Assembly (NCBI GenBank): GCA_051362555.1
Contig: CM120640.1
Span: 48,834,788 to 48,898,787 of the forward strand
Source: Lingula anatina
Taxonomy: Eukaryota; Animalia; Brachiopoda
DNA: 64,000 nt
Direction of reading: 5' to 3'
The notes below the pieces were generated by a model that saw only the letters and a list, made by a program, of their open reading frames with translations, was not told the DNA's origin and did not search any database. Every line of letters starts with the position of its first letter. The stretch's first letter is position 1. Made by a program: the position numbers and the translations under genes. Of this stretch, positions 47,886 to 62,858 are shown piece by piece.

Positions 47886-50557
47886 ACTTTGAGCTGTACA
47901 AAACTACATTCTGTCATTACATCTCGTAAACAGTGTGTCATTAGTGATAAGTTTAACTGCCCCGGCTTTAGCACAAAGAAACGACGGAATATTGGTCCTA
48001 TGGTGAAACACACTTCTAACTGTGGTTCTCGTTTAATTTCGATGTTGGATGTGCTTATCGTTGTTCTTGTATTCCTCTATCAAGTTCCCACTTTCTTATG
48101 AATGTGCATGCATTTCGTCCCTTCAATCAGAGAACAACCAGAATGTTGTTTTTTTTTCAAAATTAACATTGATTTAAAGTGGAGGAAAAGCAATTACGTT
48201 GGCTAGCGAAATGAAGTAATTTTCAACCACACGATGTGCCACTTTGGATTTAATAGAATTATTGTGATTTGTATTACGTGCTTATGCATAACTTGGTCAC
48301 TCAGGAGACAATATAAAAGACGTATGGTAAATCTGCAAACAAAGGTCGAGCCACTGCTAACTGACATGAACAACGTCGTCTCTTTCTCTAAATGAAAGGT
48401 CTTCAAATAATAAAGTTGCAATTCAGAGGAACTTTTCAGGGGTCTTCCTCTGATCTGTGAATCCCCCCTGCTAATGAGTGGCGTGACTGACTACAGGTCT
48501 GTATTGGTTTTGTAGCTTATGTTCGTAATAAGATAGGTGTATACTTTGAAACCCAAGCCAAGTTGCTCAGCAACAACTGGATATTACCTACGTTGAAGAT
48601 GGGTGCGATTCAATGGAGAAAGTGCATTATTGCGTGACAAAGGGACTCTTTTTGAAAACCTAGAAGAGGTGGAGTGTTCCCGCTCCGCCAAAGAACAGCA
48701 GCCTCGTTGCAATATTTAAGTTAAGTCTGTAGATAGAATATTTGAGATTCTTCTTTCGATGTTTATTCAAGTAATACCACAAAACTCAAGCTAAACACAC
48801 GACTACGCCATTACTCGCATGACTAGATATCGTAACAGATGTAGAATGAAATATTAAATCGTAATAAAGCAATTAAGTATCAGTGTTGACCTAAATTAGC
48901 AACCAAAACAAAGTCACCTATCGATTTAACGTGGGAAACCTGATTATCCTAATTGATTGAGAAAGTATTGCCGAAGTTGCAATCTCGTTATGAAGAGATG
49001 AAAATCATAAATGTTCAAGTGTGTGTTTAGTAACCAAAAATGATGCGATCCAAAGTTAGACTATCAATATCTATAATACACTACTATGTATTTGACTGCA
49101 GCTGCGAACTTCATTGAGTGTGATGGCGAAGTCTTCAGCATCAGACGAAAAAACTCTGACTGCCGACATGGCCTGTTTACATAAAAGTTGCTCTACCTGA
49201 GGACTACACAATTATGCAAACAATGCCACGGGACTGAACGTCTAATCTTGTTAAGGCTTTGGACCTTGCTAAATCTACTACGTGCTTGTAATCAATCCTA
49301 GCTGAGGCATATATGGACACATTTTAAGTAAAAAAGTATTCAAGTCTAATATGAAAGCCGTGGCAAATTTTTCAGACCGACTCTTAAGTGTACATTTTAT
49401 GTGGACCAATCATTCTTACAGTTTCCAAACTAATATTGCGGAGTTGATTTCGAGCAGTCGGCTATTTGATTTTACCAGCCTAAACTTTGCCCAAAAACAC
49501 CATCAGACATTTTTTTCTACAACAGGCACCTGTGGCCTCGTTTACAAAGTTTGTCCTACCTTTTAGAATAAAGTTATATTCTGCTTTGACCCAGGCTATA
49601 ATGGACAATCTCAGATAATTGTTTTCAGTGATTTCCGCATCCTTATAATACAAATCTGGTGCATGTATCCTTGGGTTTTACGAGTAAACCCAAGATGGCC
49701 GTCAATGTTATAGCGATATGAAAGGGCACCAACTACTACCAGGAATACAATATCTTTGTATCTTAGTGTTTTCCATACCTTCAACACCCTTTTAGTATAT
49801 ATCTAGTAGGTAACAAGTGTGTGTCCCTCGGCATTTTAAGAATATCCAATTTGTCGAAAAAGATAGTGACCGTAATTAAGAGTCAGGTGTCATCATGAAA
49901 ACTAAAGTATTTGACCACAAGCGTGTGAACAACCATTCGTTGCTTTTGAATTTTTTTTTTATGAGACATGAACCCCTTATTAGGCCCTACTATATTTAGT
50001 AGCAGATAAAGCAAGGAATATCTGCTTGAATTTGAAAGCACTTTTTCATCCATCTGAAAAATGCTTCTGTTACGTCATCAGCTCGGATAAAAAAATTCGA
50101 CTTGACAGCATTATCTCATTACATTTAGAGTTGTTGTTGTTGTTTTTTTTTTTTTTTTTTGCATTATCTAAGCGGATAAGGAAATAGATCGTTGCGTGTC
50201 TATATACCTTAATTGTAAGACAGATATGTAGATACAGCATAAAAACGATGAGCATCAACATACCATAACTTTTGGAAGTAATCAAGTGATAACTGTTTGA
50301 TTTCTATCCAATTATGACCGAAAACCGTTGTCATACGGCTAGTGATCATCAAATTCATGACAGTCGCAGTGTTGTCCTGTCGCCGATTTCTATGCAACGT
50401 CTATTGCAGGTCAACTAACGTTTAAGGCCCAGTCACAATGTCGGCGATCTGTCGGGGATTAGTTTTGGACTTTATGTGCCTTTGATAACTTCTCTAAAAC
50501 CAATATAGCAGCATTGCCTTTACTTTATTTGCTGCCGACATGCATCAAATTCAGCAT

Positions 50558-50839
50558 AGTGTTATTTTGGAGCGAATTAACCTGTTAGCATCCCAAAATA
50601 ATGCGAATTTACATTAGTTTCTACGATCATATTACTTTTAGCAAATCATGACACAAGAACGTTCAAAGGAAGCTAAAACAGATAACACTTTCTTCAGGGT
50701 ACAACCATCTATATCAGTGTTATTTTGGAGGGCATTAAACAAGAAGTGTCCCAAAATATGCAAATTTACATTAATTTCTACGATCATATTACTTTTAGCA
50801 AATCGTGACACAAGAACGTTCAAAGGGAGCTAAAATAGA
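50558..50839. repeat. Tandem duplication, about 158-bp period, 2 copies
   Basis: agtgttattttggag...tttctacgatcatattacttttagcaaatc.tgacacaagaacgttcaaagg at 50558 and 50716. Confidence 0.88.
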
Positions 50840-53800
50840 AAATTTCTTTTCATATCACCATCTAAATCCGTGGTTGGCTTATTAGTGAATGAATAAATGT
50901 TGTTATTGGTATCAGTTGTAGAACCACCTGGTTACATAGTTACTAGTGATCGGAAGAGTTGCTCCAGCCAAGAAAGGTCAACATTGGTATCTCCACATAT
51001 AATACAGCTGTTGGACGAGAAGGACAATAAGCCTACTCATAAAGTATGTGGATATGGAAATTGAACTATAAAGATTAAACTAGTTACGGAACATGAGAGC
51101 ACAGCAATTTTTTACAAATCAAAATGGCTCGCTTTAAGTATCCAGAAGACGTTTTAAAATGTCCCAGTGACATACTTTTTCTTGTAACGCTTCTCATCTT
51201 TCCCAATTCAAAACTTGAAAGCGATAAAACTCCTCGAATAAAACAGTATCTGAGGGATTCCAAGGCTTAGAACCTCTCGAGGTGCATGTCTTGGAATCTT
51301 TCTACCTAATGCGAGAAATAAAATCTTTTATATTATGCACTATACCGCGTTACAAAATCTCTAATTGAATAATTCACGGCTATACAAACCCATTTCTGTC
51401 TTTTCAATGTAATTTTTGACCGTTAGTGTACTATCAAGTTTTATATAAATCTCTATATGAACTAATTATTCTTAGCTGTGTAATCTAAGCTATCATCTGC
51501 ATAATTAAACTCCCGTGTGCAATGGGCCACCCTGATTACTAAATGATATAAAGAACTGTCAATACTAGTCGGCTAACGCGATAAATCTCTCAAAGTTCCT
51601 TATTTATGTCTTAGCAATGAAAAAACAACCAGTGCTCTTAGATGTGGTGGAATGTATAACAATAAAACTGAAAAATAAATGGGGATAGAATGCCCCATCA
51701 TAAAAGGTCTCTATGCGATAGCACGAATAACCTCAGAACGTAATCGAAATTTGACGGGTTACCGGTCTCTTAGGACGAAGAAAATTATCATTCTGTGGTG
51801 AAACTAACATTTTCATTATTTCTTCGGTCGATCAAAAACTAGTTATAGAAAGATAAACAAAACAGGTTGAAAACGAGACAGCACTGCAATTTGTTCTCAA
51901 TCGTATTAAAGAAGGATCTAAGCTCTGTGCTCTGCTAAGCGCTAGCAATATCAGGTAATTACAAAACGATACACCTCAACTAGAAAAATCCATTTTTTGG
52001 TCTAAAAACAGAAACTAGTTAAACAGAGCTGTCCAGATTAATTTGGTGATTCCTGGGTTCCATGCACCAACGTGTAGTTACTTGTTACATACATTTTGAG
52101 GTTAGGTTTGTTATATTGACAAACGTCTGAAAGAATGCCCCTGAATAATTTTTCGATTTCGGAGAGAATGTATGTGCACTTGCATTTCTACCAAGTGACA
52201 TTAATTTGTTTTTTATAATTATTTCTTTATCAAACATTAAACTAATTCATCTCATTAAGTGGCGGTCGCTGCTGAAACGGTATATCACAACCATTAGTTG
52301 AATTTACCTGTTCTGTTTACCAAATGAAATAAAAAAATCTGCAGACAGTGAAACCTAGATATTGAAACAATAAACAATATATATAACAAATTGATACTGT
52401 TGTTTTGCTAAATCTCTCTTTGTGCAAGATTCAGATTTCTTCGTGAGAATTACCATGCAGAGGATGATGTGTAATGACCCAAGTTGTGGCGAGAAGACTT
52501 TTGACTCCTTTTTCCTAGTAGGCACTTATCTGCAGATTTTATTAACGGCCAGCTGTAAAACGATTGCCACACGGTAGGAATTCTAAATTTTCAGTTCACA
52601 CTAATTCAGAATTAAGATACACGTAAAACATTCACAAATTTCACTGGCATTGAAATAAGTGATATCTTTCGTTTCAGTCTAAGTAGACACACAGCCAACA
52701 TTGATTCTAACCTTGTACAACATTAAGTTTTGAAAAAACATAGATCATCAAATACTTTCATCCAGCTCGTACATTACGTATTACTTAAAAACGTTGCACG
52801 AAATAAACTGATACCCACCTGCAAATAACGTTCTCTGGTTCAAGTACTTTGGTGTGCGTGCTTTCCTGCTTTCTCCCCGACTGAAGGGAATCAGCAAGCT
52901 TTTAAGCTCAACTCAAGGAGACTATTTTGTAACACAGCACAATATGACCTATGACCTAAATGCAGAGTGGTCCATCACAGGTGTCTACCTTTATAGCGCA
53001 GCGCGACACGAATTATTTGGTAACGCAATTTGACTGCAGAATTTTTATAATAACGCATGCAACAACCAAACACGAAGATGTTTTAGCTCCTTGTGGTGTG
53101 ACATACCAATCGCGTTGTATGACTCAAATGCTCTCCTAATTAGTTCAGGTTACTAGATTTGGTTTTATAAATGTGCATTGGATAGATTTTCCAATTATTT
53201 TGATCGAAAAACACCTGCTAAAGTTGAAGTTAATGCTAGGGTCAAAAAATAACACCTTATGTTGGATCTTAGGTTAAAGGTTGGCATTCCGAGTACTTTT
53301 AATTTAATATGCTTATTTCTCCATAATATTTCTGCATAAATTTCATTGTCTCATGAATATACGCTTCATGTCATGATGGAACACGATACACTTGTAGGCC
53401 CCTAAACGTTAGAACATACAACTTTTATTCTTGCGTTTCTTGGTTTCTATTACAAAATATCAAATGCCATTTATTTGCAGGGTGACATTTTCTTACTTTT
53501 ATTTCTGTACAATTCCCAGATATATGATATCCTTTAAACCTTTAACTTACCCAAATTTAGTCCTGGACTGCTAAAAACGTTTTGATGGCCCTCGAGTTAC
53601 AGATGTATGCAAATGTATTTGACTTTGCTTAGCTTAATATTAGAAAAAAAGGTTAAACCTGTATATGATATATACTGTATACTTTAATGTATAATGTGAT
53701 ATTGTATACATTCCATGACTGTTTTAATACGAAAACAAAATTAATATAATTCTAATGTGATTTATCTATCGTACCTCCACACTTGCCACATTATTCTCGT

Positions 53801-56800
53801 TTCCTAACAGGACTAATCCTGAGCATTTCAATCCATCAGTAGAATTATTGGAGTAATGGAAAACACGCACATCGCGCCAAGAAGTTCCCCGCCCATAACA
53901 TGTTGCTGTCCGCATCAATTTGAGGTTGATATCTCTTATATTCGTTTCGTGCGTGAACATACTTGAAATGGTTATATTTATTTCTGTTGGTGAGTTGTCA
54001 AAATAGACATTTTTCTTTGACATAAAGATATATAAGATACAATCTAACACGCAATATATAAATATATATATAAATATATATATTTTTTTTTCAGTAACTG
54101 ATGAAAATATTTCATGTTATACGAGTGTGCACTGCATTTGTCTGTACTGATGTACTTGCACTTGTGATTGATACATGTATGCCCCCCAAAACTGCATGTA
54201 AATACCTAGTATGTTCCCTAACCAATCAATGGCTGCGGTAAATCTATATTTTTGTTACCACCTGTAAAGAGTACTCAAAACATGTGTACCTGTTCATTTT
54301 TTGATGGCCTTTTTTTCGCAAATGCAATACTTTATACCTACCATTATACCTATATGATACCTATTATTATACTTATATGATACCTTTATGAAGAAAACAA
54401 CCGACTGAACAGGTACAGACGGGTTGCCTACATTAACATGCAAAAAAAATACCTCAACGCTAGGCTGAACAATTAAGTCAATGGGCTGTATCTTCCGGGC
54501 CGACGCTTCTGTTTCACAAGATAAGAGCGTTTCATATCCCTAAGTAATACTATCATGGACTAATTCCCAAAGTCGTTTTTAACTAAGATTCATCAAACAG
54601 AGAAAGCAGCTACTAATGATTGAATACTTATTAAACCTTCCCGATATGCAAGTCTGAAGGACAGACCCATGTGCCGCGTGAGTATGCTGATCAAATGAAA
54701 AGATTTGAGCCGTAGCATTAACGTATTGGAAAGACAGAGGCATTTATCACAATCTCAGCGGCCTTCTCCACTTGCTTCATCTTTTGCCTACAGCTTCTTC
54801 AAACATACATGGTTTGTTTTTGTTTCACATGTCCCACACGTGTGATTATTATGATAATAAAACGGAATTCCGAGAGAGTGGTGGCAAAGGCATGAGCTGA
54901 CCACACCATGCCGGTGAATATAGTTAGGTTTATATCGATATAAATTTTAGATTAATCACATATTAATAATCAATTTGCAGCTTTGCTGCACTGGAGGAAA
55001 TGATACTGTGAGCGCAAAATACAATCAGAATATCTAGAACAGATAATGCCTCCATTTAATATAACATACATAATTCATTAACCGTGAGTTTGTGGATTCG
55101 GCCAATACGTAATACCTTAGAAACACACCATATCATTTGTAAATGCTTTCTCTTGGAAAACGAAAATTAGATGTTTGGAGAAAACATATTGATATCCCAA
55201 CTTACCGCATTCTGTTCTGGGCTTCTTTGTCATTCGATAACTTGTCAAAAAAAAACAGCTTATAAAAATCTTTTTGAAGATTGATGACATACCTTTACGT
55301 CCATTAACTGGAATTCTTTTGAAACTGATTGATCGCAAGCACTCCTCTTCAATAAGGTTACAATGCGTCACGGAACGGTATTCTGAATGTTTTCATACTG
55401 TAACTATACTGCTTTAGATTGCATGAAAACCTTAGAGATTCCCCACGGTCTGCACTTTGTTCTCGGGCTAGGGATGAATTCTTCGAATTTTATCTTTTTA
55501 CAATTATATCATTTTAATGAAGGTTTCCCTGCTGGTCTTGGCTTTGAGTTTTGATTGAATGTCACTCACAATACATCTAAACTAAATGAAGCTATCACAT
55601 GGTGTTTTACATGTTGAATTATTGCATATATATATATTACTATACCGACGATGGTGTTCTGAAAGATTTAACGAGCTGTGTTTAGAAATATTCAGATATC
55701 ATTACGTGTCTGCCTTTTTAGTCGATACAAATCAAATATTTTCGGGATCTGGGGATTTTTTAGTATGTCTATTGCTTTATTACAACGTATACAGATTAAA
55801 CCTCTCCTCTGCTGTAATACTAACTTTGGTAAGGTATTAAGCTCATCTGCATCTCGACATGGAGGAAGACCCCATTTCTGATCAGGGTGGTATTATTATT
55901 ATTGTCCAAATATTGCTTCTTCATCGCCCATGAAACAACAGAGTTCTCTGCAAAGTCCAGAAAACACACAAAGGTTTTATACATGAACGGAATGCAAATG
56001 TTATCGCGGATCTACGAACAGCACTTTTAATACAGTTGCTCCTGACTGCCTTGCCCAAACTGCAGCCAATATATTTCAGAACCTTTTACGCCAAGACTTC
56101 CCTATATTTTAAAGATATTTCATCTTTGCAGAGGTCTTACAAGAGCATTGTATTATTTTCTCGCACTACCATTCATCAAAAGCAGCACCATTCCTTAGGA
56201 GATTCATTTTCTGTGCTATTTTCTTATTTCATTCTAAATGGGTTTCTTCAACAGTATGGGCTATTTACCTAGGTAGACACTTTAACCATTTTGAACGCCC
56301 TTTCCATAACTGATAAAAGAAGAAATCAAGGTAAAATGTTTACACAAATAAAAGTATTATGACAGCTCGACAATGTGTTTTGTTGAATTACAGTATATCC
56401 ACAAACGACACGCTTTCATATACTTCAAAAGCACGCCCGCTTTATAAATAAGGATGGCTTTGCTTTTTGTCATTTTAATTCTTTTTGTTTTATCCTACAT
56501 TTGGGGGAGAAATCAAAGGTCAAGGTCTCCAAAACCATTGGATCCACAAGAAAGGCACAACAAGCAAAGGAGTAGCAACTAAGCCACCTTTTCTTCGTCA
56601 CATTTTTAAATGTTGAAACCTTTAAATTTTTATCTTAATAATGATATAGAACTGTTTGCCAGCTTTATTGTGCATTTGAAAGTATTTAACTTTTTCGTTT
56701 AACATACAAAAAATAGGACTGATGGAAATATACATCCACAAATAACCAAGTTACAGTGGCAGCATAACAGCAGTGATTGAAACTGCGCAACATAAAAGAT

Positions 56801-59398
56801 AAATGACAGTTAAATTAATGCGTCTTGCATAGAAACCAAGTACTTTGATTGCTTTGCGATGTTACATGAAACCTTTGGCAGATAGCAGTAAATCATACAA
56901 CTGAGGAAGTTTTTTTCCTCGTATTGGCATGAGGCCAGACATTAGCCGCGTTCATTAAAAGGTAACTAGGAAATTAACCGGGATTAATTTCAAAGAGTAA
57001 ATTGGTAGATGCATTAACTTGTGTTGCAATGCACAGAGCAACCTGTGTTACAATGCACAGAGCACCATTGCTATGACCTTAAATCGACCTTCCAGCACCA
57101 ATCAAGATGTCAATAGTAGAGTGCTATCGGGTTACTTTCTGTTTCCTTGGTGGAAACGATTTCAGTAGCAATGCGAACGAGATCATTAACATATTATATA
57201 ACGGCTTCATGTGTAAAGCTGAAATGGTAGGAGCTGCAGACTAGAAGTTTTTCATTTATTTTAATAAGTTAAAACTGACGTAGCCTTCATGTATAAATAC
57301 AATGGGCTACTAGCATGCTCTGACAAGATATTTCAAACAGCACTGATCAGATAAGAATAGAACAGGAGTAGAAAAAAGGCACATTTTAAAAGTATATTTA
57401 AATGTACCCCCATTGTCATCCCTGTTTAATGACTACTATATCATATTTAACGAATGCCACAAATAATACAAACCTTTCTTCCTTCATATTCCATTAAAGA
57501 GGTTACTTGCTGAGTCTTATAAGCAATCAAACTAATGAAACAGACTCACGGAATTGCTCTCTTTTTTATTATTACCTTACGTACTCAGTGATCAAAAAGT
57601 AAGTCGTTCGAGAAATAATTGCGTACTTAAAATAAGTCATTAGACCCATCCATGATAAGCGATTTCATGTTTTACTGGGACTCAGTATGATAAGTATGGA
57701 TTCGAAGTCAACGAACTCATTTGCAAAAAATATATGTATGCCATGATTTTAAAAGGCAAGCTTACGGATATCCTCTATATTGACAAAGCGAGGAAGTGAT
57801 TTTTGCAACTATCAAAAACCGAGATCCAATGAAACTATTTTCACATTTGAAAACAAAGGGATTTTTGTTTGACAATAAAAGTATCAAATTTACATGAAAA
57901 ACGCAAGAAATGTTTAAAAGACAGTTTGCAGCATGCCAATAACAAAAAACCATGACAGAAAAATTTGCAACTTAAATGACCATTCATCATGATAAGTGGA
58001 AAGGTTGTATAAAAATATAATCAAGATTTGTTAGCAGTACCATATGAATTAGAGGCTATTTAATGCCAAGCTGGGGTATAAACAAACACACATGCATCAG
58101 TCATACTAAATAAAGAGACAACATTTAGGTACATGACTTGGAACTATAGGTGTATGCGAATGATTTAGGATGCATTCATGCAATATTTTGTTTGCATGAT
58201 TGTACTAAGTGTCTGTCTGATTTATGCAGTGTAAGATACAAAACAAGCCACGGAACGGTTGCAATCACTGAAAGTCTTAAAAATCACCAAGTGCGCACAG
58301 AAAGTTACTGTACAATATACTGTTGGAATAAGTTATACGCATTTCACGTCACTTACCTCAACCAGAGCACACAAACCAAGTCGTGCTTCTACAACCATTC
58401 TGCCACTTAATGCAATTAGCTGGTCTGCATTCTCTCAGATCGTTTATTCTTATGAAAGAATTTTTCTAGATCAGGCGATAAGGTTTCAAAACTGCTGGTT
58501 TGCAAAGAAATTAATTTCCTGTTCAGTGTTCTTTTTCGGCACGCACTTTCTACTTCAATCAGTCCCTGGTCGTCTGAGTGATGTGCCCACGTTGGGAGAT
58601 GCTGGTCGACTGGTCGTCGCGAACCGATTGCCAACACTCTGACTGCATGCACTCAGAATATGTATTGATCATTTTTTGCTATCTCCATTAGCCGTAAACA
58701 TTTCTTGCAGTTCAATAGGGTTTTCTTACTTTAACAAATGTCTCTTTTTTGTGAAGCAGAAATGTCAATAAATCATATTCCCCAATTGGACTGTATTGAT
58801 ACCTTCGATACCTCCTTCTAGTAACAAATCAAATTAAACGAATTTTATCAACAATAATTCAAGCAAATACAGATCTCGACTGGCTTTTTTTTAAACTGAT
58901 AACCATTCAGTAGTGACTTTGTTGGTTAGCACATCAACAAATCTAATTCTTTCAGTGTAATTATTAGGGTAACAGTTCAAAAATGCTGGTTGCAACACGT
59001 TTTAATGCACGTAGGATGCTCCCAACATCAGGTTTTAATTTCTGTCTGTTACATATTGCCAATGTCGCATTGCACAAGTCCCGTGAAAGATGGCTTTCTT
59101 TCAAACTGTCACCGCCACAAACCTAAGGAAAATTATATAACCAGCAAGACTTGCAACATCCTACATGTACGTATGCAGCATGAACCAGTTCGGCCATGCA
59201 GGACCATCTGCAAATATATATTCGTGATAGAGGTTAGAGTTGTTTGGTTCCTAAATCCCCCTTTAACCTGGACTGCCTCCTTTCTGCGTCCTTGTGCGAC
59301 CATGAAACTAGCAACACTGTGGTCGTAGAAAGGAGGCACAAGCATCGCTTTGGTTGCAGAATAAATGCTCAATGTTCGACCAGTTGTCGGCACGTAAG

Positions 59399-59399
<1 letters not shown>

Positions 59400-59448
<49 letters not shown>
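59400..59448. repeat. (TAT)n microsatellite
   Basis: Directly visible; it causes the poly-Tyr in ORF 59244..59654. Confidence 0.95.
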
Positions 59449-59449
<1 letters not shown>

Positions 59450-60260
59450 TACTCTCAAACGGAGCCGTACTACGGGACGCAAAATGAGCGTCGTCCAGTG
59501 TAAAGGGGGCTTAATACTATATTCAAAGTATGGAGTAGCCCAAATAGGGTGTCAGAGACTTTACGTTAGACAACAAAACGCAGATGCTTTCGGGATCGCT
59601 TTTTATTTCGTCCAATCATTCTTCCGTAATTGCTTAAATCATGTATTCTCTTAACTTATCTTTTTCCACTGGAGACAATCAGCGTTATTTCCTAAGTGCT
59701 TATGCGCCAAATAAAAACGTAATACTACGCATTTGCACTCGACATAATTGCATTCCATCATAATGGAGAGTGTTTAAGGGGATAACATGTTAAGTTCCAT
59801 ACGATCTTCTCCCCGTCAAACAGATAATAACAACCGTGACTTCAAGGAAATCACATCAAGGTCGTCTACCAGATTATATATCGACAAAAATATAATGCTG
59901 CAGTTGCGCGTAGGAAAACATATTTTTATACCGAAAGTAGTGTTGATTTGGTGACATTATAGAGTGTATACGGTACGGCCCTTTGGGCGTAAACTAGAGA
60001 ATTTTGACTTGATCCTTTTATTCCAATTACAAAACCGTTTCGTATATAATAATTGACGAAAACTGTGACAAGTCCCAACACACACACACACAAACAAACA
60101 AACACACACGCACACACACACAGTTCCTTATTTACTTTGACAATCATAAGGAAACACATATCACTTACTCAGATGTATGTATGTATGTATGTATGTATGT
60201 ATGTATGGAAATAATCCACGCCATACCCCTCTCCCCATTTCCTGCTGCGCTGCGTCTCTA

Positions 60261-60430
60261 AGGTCGCATTTAAAACAGTGGACTAACTAGTCCAAGGGTC
60301 AAATATGGCCGACCCACTTGAATATTTCAGCACGGGATATCTATTAGTGGATTAGACAGCAAGCTGTTTAGTGGGTATTTGACCATATTTGACCCTCTGA
60401 CTAGTTAGTCCAGTGTTCTGGATGCGGCCT
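60261..60430. mobile_element. 170-bp MITE with long TIRs
   Basis: About 50-bp imperfect TIRs (aggtcgcatttaaaacagtggactaactagtccaagggtcaaatatgg / ccatatttgaccctctgactagttagtccagtgttctggatgcggcct), flanked by TA on both sides. Confidence 0.8.
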
Positions 60431-61736
60431 TAGCCAGATTGTTGAGGATGTCCTATATCCCATACAATGGCGTAATTGTTCTAGGTCAAGTGTCCGAGTT
60501 TATATCAATTACGGATAAGGTCCCTATAAAAGTGCAGTTTGTTCGTTTCTATCACAAGGATTACATTTTGTTTATTGATGCTGGTAGGTTGTTAATTATA
60601 TTCAAATATTCGTGTAATGAAATATGCGGCAAGTTGAAACTTAATATCGCCACTGACGGGAAAGCAAGAATATCAAATTTAAAGCGTTCAGAATAACCAC
60701 CTGAACCACTTGCAAACAATTATTAGGGCCATCATAGTAAATACACATATTTGATTTTCCTTTACATCCGAGTGCACAATCTTACTGTTGACGCAGGGTA
60801 TGCGTTTTTTTTTTTCATACTTTTTTCTATTTCTTTTAGTAAATATATATACCCTTGGTTTCCGAGCATTAACGGTAGTTAGTATTGATATCAGTATTCA
60901 TTTCAATTTATTTTTAATTTTTTCAGTCATTTCAATCTCCATATTTTATTACTGACAGTGTCACTATTAATGAATGAGCTACGATTTCTGCTTGAAACGG
61001 AGTGCAATTTCTTTTCAATTTGGACATTTTCTTACAAATGATAACCGTTATTCCTGGATGACATTGATCTTTTTTATCTTTATTTGTGAATCGCTAACAT
61101 GCTGCTGTATGGTAAAATGATGCAACCAATAACGTGCAATTTGGCAAAATAAATATACATCCAATTGTAGATTTGTACATTTAATACATTTGACTCAGTT
61201 GATTGAATATATAGCTGCTTTTATTTAACAAAAAAAGAAGACTTACATTTTACTCCAATTATTTCAACGCACCTAAAGGAAAATTACACTATTGGAATAT
61301 TAATACGAATTTTTAGTTTTTAAATTAAAATTTTCCAATGTTTGACATATTAATATATTATAACCACATATATATTATATTATAATTATACCCTAGACAT
61401 CCTAATTGTTTACATCTTTTCAAAATAGAGGGCAGATGTCGACTGACGATGGGACTGGCGTGAGAAAAATGCTAACAAATGTTTATCTTTCTTTAAATGG
61501 GACTAATTATTTACAGTCCTTAACCGAAATGTTCCTGTTTTACGCACTCCAACCGAAGTTACACGTGATGGTTCACATCAAGTTGGACCCTTCAAACCAT
61601 TCACGCTCAACTGAAGGACCAACACCGTGCTATTTTCCCTCCTTTATTGTGCCCTTCACCGAAATATCATTCACGATTTTCCAAAAGTAGTTTAATGACA
61701 TGACTTTTATTAATGACGGTCAAGGCTACCATTCTG

Positions 61737-61743
61737 TATAAAT
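61737..61743 (+). promoter_or_regulatory. Candidate TATA box of the PLB1-like gene
   Basis: TATAAAT begins 49 bp upstream of the ATG at 61786. Confidence 0.5.
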
Positions 61744-61785
61744 GGGGGTGATACCTGGGGGCCTGGCGCTGGTACTGCAAGCACA

Positions 61786-61843
61786 ATGGCCAGCTACCTT
61801 GCATTTGGTCTTCTTCTTTGCTGTTTGGTATCTCAGTCTCTTG
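61786..61843 (+). CDS. PLB1: Phospholipase B1-like exon 1 (signal peptide)
   Basis: acaATGG context; MASYLAFGLLLCCLVSQSLG; donor g|gtacgt, phase 1. Confidence 0.8.
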
Positions 61844-62114
61844 GTACGTACTACATATTTTTATACTTGTCATTCATGCTTTTTATAATATCATTTAATT
61901 GAAAGGTTTTTAACAATTTAAATAACCTTCTAAAAATATTTTGAGCCATTTTATACCTTTCTATACTAGAAAATTTAACTATTAGCATTCATTTGTCATT
62001 TTAAACTTATTACTGTTCTTATTAGATAAGGTTTTGAACATACGAAAGTGCTGTGTTATTGATTTAATACGAATATTTTCCCAGGACTGTTGCTTACTGA
62101 TTCACTTTTTTCAG

Positions 62115-62230
62115 GTAGAAAAGGCGATTTTTACGAACGCTACAAAGATGTAATGTTCAAGATACTGACCAATGAGACATTGGAGGAAGAATGGTATAAG
62201 CATCTCAGAGATTTCGGGGACCCGTACGCG
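62115..62230 (+). CDS. PLB1: Phospholipase B1-like exon 2
   Basis: ttttcag|...|gtaatg, phase 1-0; RKGDFYERYKDVMFKILTNETLEEEWYKHLRDFGDPYA. Confidence 0.8.
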
Positions 62231-62537
62231 GTAATGTCTAATTTAAATTGGACATAAATTAACAGCGCTTATATTCGTACTTGTAGTAATATCTGCTTTC
62301 TAACAAGGATATGGTTTCTTGTGAAACATAGTGTTGTTTTCTGAAGGATTGGTAGATTCTCAGAGGGCTTTTGACACCACACTTTATAATTGATTATGTT
62401 TTGGGGATAAAGTCTGTCTATCAACTTCAAAGGTATTGCCTTGCCATTATCGGGGGACTGGACATTAAAAACTGCATTATTGGTAGACGGTTAAGGGTAC
62501 TGATGGTATAATCAAGATCGCTCTTTCTTTCCCTAAG

Positions 62538-62634
62538 CCCCAGTACGTGGACTTCCAGAGGTCAGATGAGCATGGCCGCGTCCGCCGCTCAATTGACTGC
62601 GGCAGCCAGGTATCTGAAACTGTTCCAACCTCAG
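62538..62634 (+). CDS. PLB1: Phospholipase B1-like exon 3
   Basis: PQYVDFQRSDEHGRVRRSIDCGSQVSETVPTS; alternative in-frame acceptor at 62544; donor g|gtaatt. Confidence 0.85.
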
Positions 62635-62799
62635 GTAATTATGCTTTATGTCTGATCAACAATTTAATTGTAATGTGATTTTAAAAACAGTAGAACGGAG
62701 TAAAAGTGGTAGACAAAGACTTGCTTTCGTAAAAATTGACCATTATTCTATGATTGTCGAAAATCATTATATTATAATTTTTCCACGTCCCATTGACAG

Positions 62800-62858
62800 T
62801 TCACCGTCTACGACCAGGAGATATCAAAGTGGTTGCCGCAATGGGAGACTCCTTGACT
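62800..62858 (+). CDS. PLB1: Phospholipase B1-like exon 4 (GDSL block I)
   Basis: VHRLRPGDIKVVAAMGDSLT|gtaagt is the PLB1-family signature; the gene continues beyond the window. Confidence 0.93.
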
